The notes under the pieces: generated by a model
Told to the model about the DNA's origin: nothing
The model's database searches: none
Seen by the model: the letters and a program-made list of their open reading frames with translations, nothing else
Assembly: GCF_009914755.1 (NCBI RefSeq)
Contig: NC_060925.1
Reading direction: 5' to 3' (one strand)
Length of the DNA: 64,000 nt
From: the human T2T-CHM13v2.0 reference genome, Homo sapiens
In this document: positions 51,638 through 64,000 of the stretch, in pieces
How the letters are laid out: each line of letters opens with the position of its first letter
Numbering within the stretch: the stretch's first letter is position 1
Program-made: the position numbers and the translations under genes

Positions 51638-53944
51638 TGTATTAGTTCATTTTCATGGTGCTGATAAAGGCATACCAAAGACCGGGCAACTTACAAAGGA
51701 AAGAGGCTTAATGGAGAACTCACAGTTTCACATGGCTAGGGAAGCCTCACAATCATGGTGGAAGGCAAGAAGGAGCAAGTCACATCTTACATGGATGGTG
51801 GCAGGTAAAGAGAGAGCTTGTGCAGAGAAACTCCTGTTTTTAAAACCTTCAGATCGTGTGAGACCCTTGCATTTTCACAAGAACAGCATGTTAAAGACCT
51901 GCCTGCATGATTTGATCATCTCTCCTTGGGTACCTCCCACAACATGTAGGAATTATGGGAGCTACAAGATGAGATTTGGATGGGGACACAGAGCCAAATC
52001 ATATCATTCCACCCCGACCTCTCCCAAATCTCATATCTTCACATTTCAAAACCAATCATGCCTTCCCAATAGTCTCCCAAGGTCTCAGCTCATTTCAGTG
52101 TTAACTCAAACGTCCACAGTCAAAAGTCTCATCTGAGACAAGGCAAGTCCCTTCTGCCTATGAGCCTGTAAAATCAAAGCAGGTTAGTTACTTACTAGAT
52201 AGAATGGAGGGTACAGGCATTAGGTAAATACAGCCATTCCAAATGGGAGAAATTGGCCAAAACAAAGGGGCTACAGGCCCCATGCAAGTCTGAAATCCAG
52301 CAGGGCTGTCAAATCTTAAAGCTCCAAAATGTTCTCCTTTGACTCTGTCTCACATCCAGGTCATGTGAGATGTAAGAGGTAGGTTCCAATAGTCTTGGGC
52401 AGCTCTGTCCCTGTGGCTTTGCAGGGTATAGCCCCTCTTCTGGCTGCTTTCATGGGCCGGCATTGAGTGTCTGGCTTTTCCAGGCACACAATGTAAGCAG
52501 TCAGTGGATCTACTGTTCTGGGGTCTGGAAGATGGTGGCTCTCTTCTCACAGCTCCACTAGATGGTGCCCCAGTAGGGACTCTGTGTGGGGGCTCTGACC
52601 CCACATTTCCCTTTTGCACTGACCTAGCAGAGGTTCTCCACGAGGGCCCTGCCCCTGCAGCAAACTTCTGCCTGGGTATCCAGATGTTTCCATACATCCT
52701 CTGAAATCTAGGCAGAGGTTCTCAAACCCCAGTTCTTGACTTGTGTGCACTTGCAGGCCCAACACCATGTGGAAGCTGCCAAGGCTTGGGGCTTCCACCC
52801 TCTGAGGCCATGGCCTGAGCTCTGCAATGAACCCTTTCAGCTACAGCTGTAGCAGCTGGAACACAGGGCACCAAGTCCCTAGGCTGCAAACAGCACAAGG
52901 ACCAAGGGCTCAGCCCATGAAGCCACTTTTTCCTCCTAGGCCTCCAGGCCTGTGATGAGAGGGGCTGCTGTGAAGACTTCTGACATGCTCTGGAGACATT
53001 TCCCCATTGTCCTAGGGATTAACATTCAGCTCCTTGTTACATATGCAAATTTCTGCAGCTGGCTTGAATTTCTCCTCAGAAAATGGGATTTTCTTTTCTA
53101 TCACATTGTCAGGATGCAAATTTTCCAAACATTTATGTTGTTTCCCTTATAAAACTCAATGTCTTTAATAGCACCCAAGTCACCTCTTGAATGCTTTGCT
53201 GCTTAACAATTTATTCTGCCAGATACCCTAAATCATCCCTCTCAAGTTCAAAGTTCCACAAATCTGTAGGACGGGGCAAAATGCTGCCAGTCTTTTTGCT
53301 AAAACATAACAAGAGTCACCTTTACTCCAGTTCCCAACAAGTTTCTCATCTCCATCTGAGACCACCTCAGGCTGGATTTCATTGTCCATATCATTATCAG
53401 CATTTTGGTCAAAGCCATTCAACAACTCTCTAGGGAGTTCCAAACTTTCCCACATTTTCCTGTCTTCTTCTGACCCCTCCAACCTGTTCCAACCCCTGCC
53501 TGTTACCCAGTTCCAAAGCCACTTCCACATTTTTGGATATCTTTTCAGCAGTGCCCCACTCTACTGGTACCAATTTACTGTATTAGTTCATTTTCATGCT
53601 GCTGATAAAGACATACCTGAGACTAGACAATTTACAAAGGAAACAGGTTTAATGGAAAACTCACAGTTCCACATGGCTGGAGAAGCCTCACAATCATGGT
53701 GGAAGGCAAGGAGGAGCAAGACACATCTTACATAGATGGCGGCAGGCAAAGACAGAAAGGAGGGAGCTTGTGTAGAGAAATTCCTGTTTATAAAACCATC
53801 AGATCTTGTGAGACCCATTTCCTATCATGAGAACAGCATGGGAAAGACCTGCCTCCATGATTCAATTACCTCCCACTGGGTCCCTCCCACAATACATGGG
53901 AATTCAAGATGAGATTTGGGTGGGGACACAGCCAAACCATATCA
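51638..53944 (-). mobile_element. Full-length THE1 (THE1B-like) provirus: 3' LTR 51638-52006, internal 52007-53578, 5' LTR 53579-53944
   Basis: Two LTRs TGTATTAG...ATATCA; 5-bp TSD ACAAC at 51633-51637 and 53945-53949; gag-derived ORF MWKWLWNWVTGRGWNRLEGSEEDRKMWESLE. Confidence 0.97.
53858..53868 (-). promoter_or_regulatory. DUX4-type motif TAATTGAATCA in THE1 5' LTR U3
   Basis: Plus strand TGATTCAATTA matches the TAAYBBAATCA consensus. Confidence 0.55.
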
Positions 53945-54387
53945 ACAACAAACAACATTACTACAGAGTCCAACAATGATAGACTGAGTCTGCAGATGTC
54001 AAGTTCAAGAGTTCTCAAAAGAAGCTGGGGTGAAACAGAATAATTGGATACCCCATTTAGGGCCAAGGGCACTCACCAGAGCGAATGTCTCTGGGGCCTG
54101 CTCTGAGAAACATGAGAACTAGGTAAGTTTTTACCCACCCACATTATGATTAGAGAGGGATGGATCCAAATGTATAAATCTGAATGTCAGGTGAAGGGTG
54201 GTAGAGAATAAATGACAAGGTTAGAATCCAGGAGGGTGGGAACAGGTTAGAGTCTGTGGTGAGAGATGAGTTAGTGGGATTGGTCGAGCACCCTGGATAA
54301 AATTCATGAAGGTTTTGGAGGCCTGTTTCCCATGGTGTTGGCAATGTGGGTCAGGCCTGAAAATGTCAAGATCACATTAGGTTAGAG

Positions 54388-54566
54388 CATTGGTTCTCAT
54401 ACTTTCATATGCATTAGAATCACCTCAGGGCTTGTTAAACTAAATTGTTGGGCCCCAGTCCCAGGGTTTCTGCTTCAGTAGATCTGGGGTAGGGTTTGAA
54501 AATTTGCATTTCTAACAAAGTTTCCAGGTGCTGCTAGCCTGGGGACCTCACTTTGAGAACCACTGG
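54388..54566. mobile_element. MER5A
   Basis: CATTGGTTCTCA...GCATTAGAATCACC...CACTTTGAGAACCACTG. Confidence 0.88.
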
Positions 54567-54597
54567 ATTAGAGAAACAGCTTGCCAAGGGCTGTTAA

Positions 54598-54795
54598 ACT
54601 GGTGTTTTTCAATGTATGGTGTGAGGGCCACCTGCTAAGAATCACTGGTGGAGGCTGTTCAAGATGCTAATCTTCTAAGCTCTATCCCCAGAGGTTTGTG
54701 TTAGGGGCCTTGGAGAAGAACCTGCAAATCTACTTTTTTTTTAAAACAAGTTCTCAAGATGATTCTTATGTTGCTATGGTTTGTGAACCACTCTA
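54598..54795. mobile_element. MER5B-like
   Basis: CCACCTGCTAAGAATCACTGG...GGTTTGTGAACCAC. Confidence 0.6.
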
Positions 54796-54889
54796 AGTCA
54801 TGTGAAGCTCATTTAAACCATCACTTATCTCTGTGTGCTTTGTGTAGTAAGCAGGCTACTGCAGTGACTCATCACCTTTTGTGGCTGCC

Positions 54890-55250
54890 ACAGTGGCATA
54901 GAATCAAGCACTGGGGTTTTGGGAGATTGACAGAGAGGGGTTCAGATCCTGTGTGTGCCACATTCTATTTGGGGGATCTTGGACAAAGAGATTTAATCAT
55001 TCTGGGCTTCAAGTTCATAATCTGAAAGATGGAATAATGAGACAAGTGTTATGTAATAGTCACCTAACATCATGTCTGATTTTTCTTTTTTAATTTACAA
55101 AGGGAAGAGGTTTAATTGACTCACAGTTCCACGTGGCTGAGGAGGCCTCACAATCATGGCAGAAGGCAAAGGAGGAGCAAAGTCACGTCTTACCTGGCAG
55201 CAGGCAAGAGGATGTCTGATTCTTAGTAAGCCCTCAATAAGCAGTAGCTC
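54890..55250 (+). mobile_element. MIR hosting a small retrocopy
   Basis: GGGTTCAGATCCTG...ATCTGAAAGATGGAATAAT...TAGTAAGCCCTCAATAAGCAGTAGCT. Confidence 0.7.
55080..55211 (-). mobile_element. Polyadenylated THE1/MST LTR fragment with TSD (L1-type retrocopy)
   Basis: T-tail 55080-55091, LTR segment 55092-55210, TSD ATGTCTGATT at 55072-55081 and 55212-55221. Confidence 0.8.
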
Positions 55251-57091
55251 CTCTATGATTTCTTCATATTCTTATTTCCAGCAGTATGATATGTATGATA
55301 TGCCAGTTGACCCACTGAACAGGCATCTTGCCAGAGGCAGTTTCATATGCTGCTTGACTTGAATCAAGAGAAGGCATCAGAGGAACACTATCACAGAAAA
55401 AGATTAAAAAGAACTTTGGGACTTAAAAGGCAGAAGGAGAAAAACTATTCTCTGGATAGTGCTGGTGAAAAGTGAGCAGACAGTGAGATATCATTGGAGC
55501 TTGTCTTCTGCATGTTTGGTTGTAACTCCTGTCTTCATTCATAATGCCTCACATCTCCTCCTGACACATGGCCGGGACTCTGTTTGTGATGAATGTTTGT
55601 ACACATGGAGGAGGGAGGTACATATGCTGTACATGCTTAGAGGTAGATACTTACAGGGAGCAGAAGAAGTGTGGGTGGTCAGCCAAAATGAGGAAAATAC
55701 TTCTGAAACTTAAAACAGACCATGAAATCAAATAAAGCCTGGAAATATTGTAAGTGTGGTCCCCAAATTTAGCACCACTGTGTTGACTTATTTTACTGCT
55801 CTGCGTCTATCTGGTCACACACATAAACAGGATAACTTTTTTTTTCTGAGTCTCTGCAGCACAAGGCCAAGTAGATGGACTGTGGTAAAGAGAGTAAGTG
55901 AATGTTTTGGAATTATCTATTCAATTGAACTTTCTCAAATGATCCAAATAGCTTCTCAAGAGCCATTATTTTATCTTGTCCTTTACATTTTCTATGAGTG
56001 TTTTCATGTCAAAATGCACTTGGAAGCTAAAGGACAAGGTATTCTGCTACTTTTGGCCTTAAGAACCCTTTCTAACTTTTGTCTGCAACTGTTCATGCTG
56101 AGGTTATTACGTGTTCAATATATTCTCTTTATGAATCCTGAATATTCATATTTCCAAATAAACGTGAGACAATGGGCCTAAAATTCAAAAGGAAGACAAA
56201 ACAAAAGAATTTCAAGCTTCTACTTTGTATTTTTATACTATGGCATTTCTCATGGGTAGCAAGTTCCAAATCATAGTATTTTCAAACTCGAAGGGAATTA
56301 AAACGAGCAAACTATGGCTCAGAACATTTAAGTCACATCCTAGTGTTGCATATTTAGTTGGAGTAAGAAACCAGATCTCATGGTTTCTATTTCAGTGCTC
56401 TTTCTATTCCACCAAGCTCACACTCCCACCCCTTGGATCCATTGCTACTAAAATCCTGAAAGGATTCAGAAAGGCATACTTGAGATTATAACACTATGTC
56501 TGTAAAACCTAATTCAAATAGATTAAACTTCCATGGATTTCTAAGCTATTCTATAAGCTGGGGGATTCGTTTATTGGAATAACATCTTCATTTAGGACCA
56601 CCCTTATTCTCCGCCGTGTGACAGGATAACTAAGAGCCCTCAGGGAAGTCTTTCTTTCCTGAACTTATTGATGCCTAATGATGATCTGTTGGAGACCCTG
56701 CCTTTCCCGGGTCAAAGGCAGACATTAGGGCTCATTTTCCCCAGTGTCTTTGATACTTTTCAAACTCTTGAGCTAAAGGATAAAACTAAACCAGCCGTTT
56801 CCAAGGACACATTTTTAAAAATTACTTAAAATTTTGGTTTTTCTTGGTTCATAAACTTAGTTTTACTCTTAAATAAATGTTGTCAATACAATACATGCAC
56901 AGTTACAAATATCACCCAAGGATTCTAATGAAAAGTGGCCGTTTCTGCCCTACTTCTCCCACATCAGAGTAGACCGCTTTTAACTCTTTTTACCCTCTGT
57001 TCTAATATTAATTTCAACATATTGTAATTACTTGAATCCAAAGTATTAGACATTTTCTATTGACTTCCTTTTATCACAGCTGATGATTTAA

Positions 57092-57269
<178 letters not shown>

Positions 57270-57934
57270 GAAATTTATTCCCTTCCTTTGTCTACTATAA
57301 TTAATTAGGCCACAATCTTACTGCAACAGCAACAAAATATCAGTCCTTACATGATTATGTAGAAAATAGATTTTACTGAATAGCTTGCTAATATACTATG
57401 ATTCCCTTTATTATGCTCGATAGTCTCTTTTTTACTACTTAAAAACTTTTTTTGGAATCAAAAACTGCTTTATGTGTTTTAGCTCCTTAGTCTCCTATAG
57501 ACCTATTCTTATCTTTTCCAAATGCTCCATTAGGTCTGCTCTACACAGTTAAGAAGCTTTCCCCAAATGGTTTAATCATGTCTGATGATCTGTCAATTAT
57601 TCCTGCCCTCACTGCCGCGTCGCTTTACTGTGGCGCATTGATCCTTCCGCTCCAGTCTGCTTTCCTCCAGGGCTGTTGCACACGGTCATCTTTGGACCAC
57701 ACCATTTTTATGTTCAGGACCTCTCCTCTGCTTGGTCATGTGCTTTCTTCTTCCTTATTTTAGTCCTTTATTTTTCTGGATCAATGCTTCATAAATTAAA
57801 ACTTAAATTTAAAAAGATTTGAAAAATTTAAAAACCCTAAAGTGTCTGGGAGAAGAATATAATGAATCCCTACATATTCATACTTATCACCCAGATTCAA
57901 CAGTTATCATGTTTCCACATTTATTGCATTTGTC

Positions 57935-58085
57935 TTTTTCTTTTTCTTCTACCCTTCTTTCTTTTCTCCCCTCCCTCTCCACTTCCGTTTCCCTCCCTCC
58001 TTCCTCTTGCCCTCCCCGACCCTTCTGTTCCACTCTCATCACCTCTCCCCGTCCCTAGTCCCTCTTCTTTCCTCTTCTTTTTACC
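57935..58085. repeat. CT-rich low-complexity (polypyrimidine) tract
   Basis: About 150 nt, almost all pyrimidines. Confidence 0.85.
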
Positions 58086-58930
58086 TGCTTGCTAAAGTGT
58101 TATAAAGCAAACCCCAGTGTTTCAAGCCAGGACACTGGAAGGGCTCTCCCTGAGAGAGAGACTACATTCAATACAGGCAGTGAAAGAGAGGCTATGATGA
58201 CATTATGTGAGTCGCTGACTCTGACTGCACTGAAAGATTTATCCTAGACCTTTTAGTTATATGAACAAACACTTGTGCTTTCAAGGGACATTAAGACAAG
58301 TCTGCCAGGAGTGAAATTTTCCAGCTGACTGGCAGTTTGGAAAATGATTTTTATAACTTTTTTGAGCAAAATCACAGTATCTTAGATTAATTACCAAATA
58401 AACTTTTATTTATCCTATTGTTATCCAATAGATGAAATGCCCATAATATTCGGGTATCAATACTTAAAAATAGAAAATAATGTGATGTTTAGCTCTTTTA
58501 AAAATATGCCTCCTATACAATACCAATATAAAGTTAGGATTTTACATTCCTAGTAAATCTCTTTTGTTTCATTAGGATTTGAACAAACGTGACAATATTG
58601 GCAAAGTGGTTTCTGTCTATTAATGACTCATTATATTGCTCAGTTAACTTTAATCCAATAGAGTGGATGTAGCAATTTTTGTACAACAAATCAGTAGCTG
58701 ATGGAACAGTTCATAACTAGAAATTTTGTCCATGAATTTACATGTCGGCCTTCATGCAATTATAAATTCTTTATTAGTATTTTGATTTAGGTATTCTTAT
58801 CTTCATTATTGAAAACATGACTATTTTTATAACTGAATATTCTGAATTGCATTAAAAGAATAACTGAGATCAATTTGTTGTAAATAATTCAGAAACGCTG
58901 ACAGAAATCTCTGCCTGATTACTTTCTTAC

Positions 58931-58999
58931 GTATGGCTGTATTCTCTATGGTGTCTTTTGCTTTTGTACAGTACACGAATCCCAGAAACTTGTAGCTTT
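58931..58999 (-). other. Candidate exon C (69 nt)
   Basis: Acceptor GTTATTTATTCAG|, donor TAC|GTAAGA; open in phase 1. Confidence 0.25.
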
Positions 59000-59457
59000 C
59001 TGAATAAATAACTTGGTTTACAGCCCTGTTTTCTCCTGTTAAATGTTTGCTCTGTTCCCAGAAGATAAGGAAATTAAGTTTATTATGAACAATTTATCAA
59101 TGTATTTCTAATAAAGTCTTCCCATTAATCTTATTTATACTGAACTTTACATGTTTTTAGTAATCAACTTCTGAAAAGATAAGGAAAAAAGTTTTGAGTA
59201 GTAGAGATCAGTGAACTTATTCATGTAAATCTTTATTAATATACATATTAAAGTGATATGAAGATGAGTAAAATGCTTCCCCTTAATGAAAAAGAAATAC
59301 GTGATTATAGCTTAATTTTAGACTCATTTCCACTTTTACTAGTAGTTTGGGTGAAAATATTTAAGTTGTAATTTTAACGATGGCAATAATAATTTTTAAT
59401 TCACAGGCATTTTGACAATATCCTTATTGCCCATTTTACTAGTCTCCTAAATCTGGT

Positions 59458-59998
59458 TGTGGCAGATTATATTTTCCAAAGAGATGCTAGGGATATATCC
59501 CATCCCCCACGTGCTTCTTAAAATAAGATACTCCTCCCACAAAGAGATGGGGATCTGTGTTCTTTCCCCTTGAATTTTTGTTAAGGGGCCTGTGACTGCT
59601 GCTTGTACTAACAGGGTACAGGAGAAGTGATGCTATAGGATTTCTGAGGCCATAAAGAGGATGCAGCTCATGGATGAGTCACTCTCTTGGCATAGGAACC
59701 TTGGAAGTCCTAAACTGTCATGGAAGACACACAGCTGAAGTGATCTTGCTGGAGAGACCATGCGGAGAGACAACATGGAGACAGAGAAACATGTGGGAGG
59801 ATCCTCAGCTGCTCTGGCCACCAGATGCCTCAGTCTCTCTGGGCCCAGGTACCAGACATGTGAATGAGCCACCTTCTGCCTAAAACCGTGTAAGAAAGTC
59901 TCAGGGAGAAGTGCCCCGCTGGAGCCTGTCAAATCCCAGCCCATGAGAGAACACGACACATTGTAGTTGTTATTTTAAGGCACTAAGTTTTGGGGTAT
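59458..59998 (+). mobile_element. MLT1G/H-like MaLR LTR
   Basis: TGTGGCAGATTATATTTTCCAAA...GAAGTGATGCTAT...GTTATTTTAAGGCACTAAGTTTTGGGGT. Confidence 0.8.
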
Positions 59999-60955
59999 TG
60001 TGATTTATAATAAGAAATATATATTTGGTTTCTGCTTCCAGTTCCTGAGACAGCTTCTAATATCCTTGGAGATGGGGTGCTAGGAGAACCTTTTCTTTTA
60101 ATATTTGAGTTAGAGCTCAAATATTCTGAGACAGGTTTCCCAAATTTTTTGTAATTTCCTGAGTGATAGGAGCATCTGACACTGAGCTCTAAATCTCTTG
60201 GTGTTTCCTGAGTGAAAGGTACATCTTTTTTTCTAATGAGGTGACTCTTCATGGGATCCTGGAGAGCCTTGGTTGGGGACTGGTTGCCACGGGAACCAAC
60301 CATGTGATTAGAGGGTTGGAACTTCCAGCCCCACCACCGGACCTCCAGGGAGGGGAGAGGAGCTGAAGGCTGAATTGATCACCAATGGCCAATGGTGTAA
60401 TCATTTATGACTACGTAATACAGCTTCCATAAAAGTTCAAAAAACAGGGTTTGGGGAGCTTCCAGATAGCTGAACACATGAAGGTGCCTGGAGGATGGTG
60501 TCCAGAGAGGGCATAGAAGCGCCACAACCCTTCCCACATACATTGACCTATGCTTCTCTTCCATCTGGATGCTCATCTGTATCATTTATCATATTTTTAA
60601 TTAATATAATAAACCAGAAAGTGTGTTTTGCTGAATTCTGTGAGCCATTCTAGCAAATTGAAGAAGGGGGTTTTGGGAACGTTGATGTATATCTAGTTTG
60701 TCGGAAGTGTAGGTGACAACCTACTACTTGCAATTGGCATCTGAAGTTGGGGAAATCTTGTGGGACTGAGCCCTTAACCTGTGGGATCTGACTCTAACTC
60801 CAAGGAGATAGTGTCAGAATTGAGTTAAATTATAGGACACCCAATTGGTGTCTGATGGAGAATTGCTTGGTGTGTGGGGAACCCCCGACACATCTGGTGT
60901 CAGAAGTGAAGTGGGATGTGTTTAGTGTTAACGTAGAAGGAAAAGCACTTTTTAT
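59999..60955 (+). mobile_element. MER21B/C-like LTR
   Basis: TGTGATTTATAATAAGAAATATATATTTGG...CATGTGATTAGAGGGTTGGAAC...GGGACTGAGCCCTTAACCTGTGGGATCTGAC. Confidence 0.85.
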
Positions 60956-61326
60956 TTATACATAGTCACAGTAACTGGTATGGTGGCCCATCTCCATGGT
61001 TCCCTGATTTAGAGAACAGCACCATCATTCATATGACAACCCCCAAATTTTTACATCACTTTATTTCAGACTTCTCTGAGATCCAGATGGGAAGTTCAAA
61101 TTGCCTATGTAAATTTCCACTCTCTCAGATGTACATATTGGGAGGAACTGCAAATCATACTGCAATAGACAAGGATGTGTGCTATCCTTTTAAGAAGGGA
61201 CCCAATAGTAGGCAACAACCATGTAATCTACCATAATCACCAAAGCTGTATTTCTCCATTAATACAATAAGAAGATCAAGGTTTTCTCTATATTTATATC
61301 CCAGTGGTGACATAAAAAAAGGACTA

Positions 61327-61640
<314 letters not shown>

Positions 61641-62139
61641 GTCTTCACAGAAACCCAACAAATTATTAACAGTTCAATCCTCGTTCGGTGTGGGGGTAAA
61701 AATGTAAGAGGTGAAGGAAGAGTCTAGCACTTCTGAAGCCTCTGTAGTGTTTGAATCTTTTACAGTAAGGCTTCAAATATCTGAGGGAGACTGAGGCTGA
61801 GAGCTGCTACATGTCAGATTCAAGTGAGTTAGCCACCAAAGTCACAAACCTGTACCTAATTCAGAATCTTATGTAATCTATTTTGCTTGGCACCTGATTT
61901 GCCCATCGACCTGTATGTGTCCCACATATGAGCACGTACAAAGAAAGATGACAATATGGAGTGTATTTCTGACTCTTTTCTTATAATTCTAGGCTCCACA
62001 TATGAGGTCATAGTTACTTATTGTTGCTTTACTGCATCTTCTTGTCCTTCAGATTACGACAAAGCGCTGATGCCAGGAAGATTAAAATAGTCTTTGTTGT
62101 TGTCAAAGAGAAGGAAGCTGCATGCCAGGTAGAACTGAC

Positions 62140-62201
62140 CAGTAGTCTTCTCAGAGAAATTAGCATCAGCAGTGGATTCCTGTTTCTCTTCATAGGACGA
62201 T
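62140..62201 (-). other. Candidate exon B (62 nt; the frame could instead run on to a stop at 62054)
   Basis: Acceptor TTTTTTTTTAATTCTGAAAATAG|, donor CTG|GTCAGT. Confidence 0.3.
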
Positions 62202-63163
62202 CTATTTTCAGAATTAAAAAAAAAATTATATGTATTAATCCTAAAAATACCTTGGTTGTAACTGAGAATTAGGACTCCTGATTCAACTGCAATTAATTTG
62301 CATTGTCTGAAGATATTTCCTTCTCTTTCCTTGCTTGTTTTTTATAGTTATATAACAAGAAACATAAAAATTTAGATGTATCCACTTCAAAAAGAACTCA
62401 CATTCTAAATGAGAAATGTGTAAGATAGATGAGTTACAATATTGGCCTGTATAATTCCTTAATTTCCAAGGGGCTTTTCTGCAAGAATTATTTTAAATAG
62501 AACAGATCTAATATACTTAGGATTTTATTTGTAGATTACAAAGAAATAGGAAATAGTGATGGTAGAGAAGAGAAGGTAAAGAAAGAGAAAATGTTTTAGG
62601 AAATAGTAGTGGTTAAAGATTAAAAAACTGAAAAAAATCCACTTGGAAAATGGTTAAGCCAAGGGAAAAATATGAAATTCACAATACATTTTAAAAATGT
62701 GACACAAAATGAAATTTTTTATGGTTTGTAAGATTTAACGTGCCTTTTCCCTTGTAATGGAAGCTATGTTTTTGCACAGAGGAGAAGTATGGTATTTTAT
62801 GAGAAGACATGCTATGAATGACGAAAGGCTCTATTTCAGCAAGTCACAGGCAGAAAAGTCCAAAACAATTGAATAGAACTGCAGCATTGTTGAAAGTAGG
62901 TACTTTTTTTTATTATTCAACATACACTTTAAAATCTAAATATTATTGCTATGTATAAAAATGTGGTCTGTACATTTCTATGCTAAATAGCATGACTTCT
63001 TAATAATGTCTTTTGATTGTTTGGTTGTAAGAGCATAGGTAGTCCTTGCTTTCATTTTTACTATCCAAAAAATTAAACCATCTATAAGGCCCTCTACGAC
63101 CAAAGCTCTCCTTTTTCCTGTGTCTATCACAAGCACAAGGTGGGCTCTTGGGGAAGGACTTAC

Positions 63164-63218
63164 CTTGCTTGTCTACTGCAGCAGCTCTGTTTTGCCCAGA
63201 TGGCTGCAGATACACAGG
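63164..63218 (-). other. Candidate exon A (55 nt)
   Basis: Strong acceptor TTATTTCCTGTGCAG| and consensus donor CAAG|GTAAGT; GC-richer than the flanks. Confidence 0.45.
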
Positions 63219-63439
63219 CTGCACAGGAAATAACAGGCTATGAATCAATGGGAAAACAGATTTAGAAATCTGGTTATTTGAATTTTTAGTTGGTTGGAAA
63301 TTTGGCCATAGCCTCAGGTCAGAAATGGAGAGATATAAACTGAGTCTGCTCTACCATAGGTATTTGCAAAAGCTTCCTTTCTTCCTTCATTTCTAAATAG
63401 AAACATCCTTACTGTTATTTCCTCACAAGTATAGACATA

Positions 63440-64000
63440 ATATATGCTTTTTTTGGAAAAAAATAATTATGTATAGAATAGAAAGTAAAATTCTCTCCCT
63501 ATCCCCAATGTCATCCCCTTCAGTCATAACCCACTGTTAATATTTTGTTATTAATCATTCCAAATATTTTCTATAAATGTTAACACAATTTTATTTTTTT
63601 GAAACAAAAACATATGGCAAGGTTATCTTTTGCCTTAACACTGTGAATATATTAGACATCTTTCTGGATCATTACCTACAGCACTATAGCTCATCCTTCA
63701 AATAGAAGTATTATTATTTATTCAACAAATAAATACTATCGTTGATGAGATTGCTCCTGTTACACATGGTGCTGCAAGGAGTGTCTTTTCACTTACATCT
63801 TTCCACACTTACCCTTTTATTTCCTATGATAAATTCCAACAACATGGAATTGCTGGATCAAATATTGAGTATAATTTATGTTGAACATATTGCCAATGGC
63901 CCTCCAGCAGTGTACTAAATACACTGCCACCAGATATGTACACTAATGTCAAGTCTCCCACATCTTGCCCACACTGGCTATTACCAATTTTTTTAACTTT
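63440..64000 (-). mobile_element. L1ME-like 3' fragment
   Basis: AACCCACTGTTAATATTTTG...ATGGAATTGCTGGATCAAA...CACATCTTGCCCACACTGG. Confidence 0.75.

Noticed and set aside
51597-53818. Multiple 80-179 aa ORFs
   Set aside because: All lie within the THE1 provirus; LTR/internal read-throughs
55756-56491. 141-aa and 88-aa hydrophobic ORFs
   Set aside because: Non-ATG starts, AT-rich composition, no known motif or exon boundaries

Overview
This is CpG-poor, repeat-dense genomic DNA from an anthropoid primate (human-like: AluY/S/J, THE1, MLT2A/HERV-L). It reads as intronic or intergenic, with no CpG island, RNA gene or confidently identifiable protein-coding gene. Most of the supplied ORFs are chance read-throughs of Alu, L1, ERVL and MaLR remnants. 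The most unusual structure is at 24536-29079: the 3' half of a HERV-L provirus (minus strand, MLT2A LTR) is fused back-to-back with the 3' half of a THE1A provirus (plus strand). The whole unit sits inside a single 5-bp direct repeat (ATGGA), as if two different retroelement cDNAs were integrated in one event. Other oddities are an L1-style polyadenylated retrocopy of a THE1/MST LTR transcript, a full-length THE1 whose two LTRs disagree in U3, fold-back/template-switch scars, and a tentative chain of in-frame minus-strand exons. Repeat subfamily names come from recalled consensus sequences, not from a database search.
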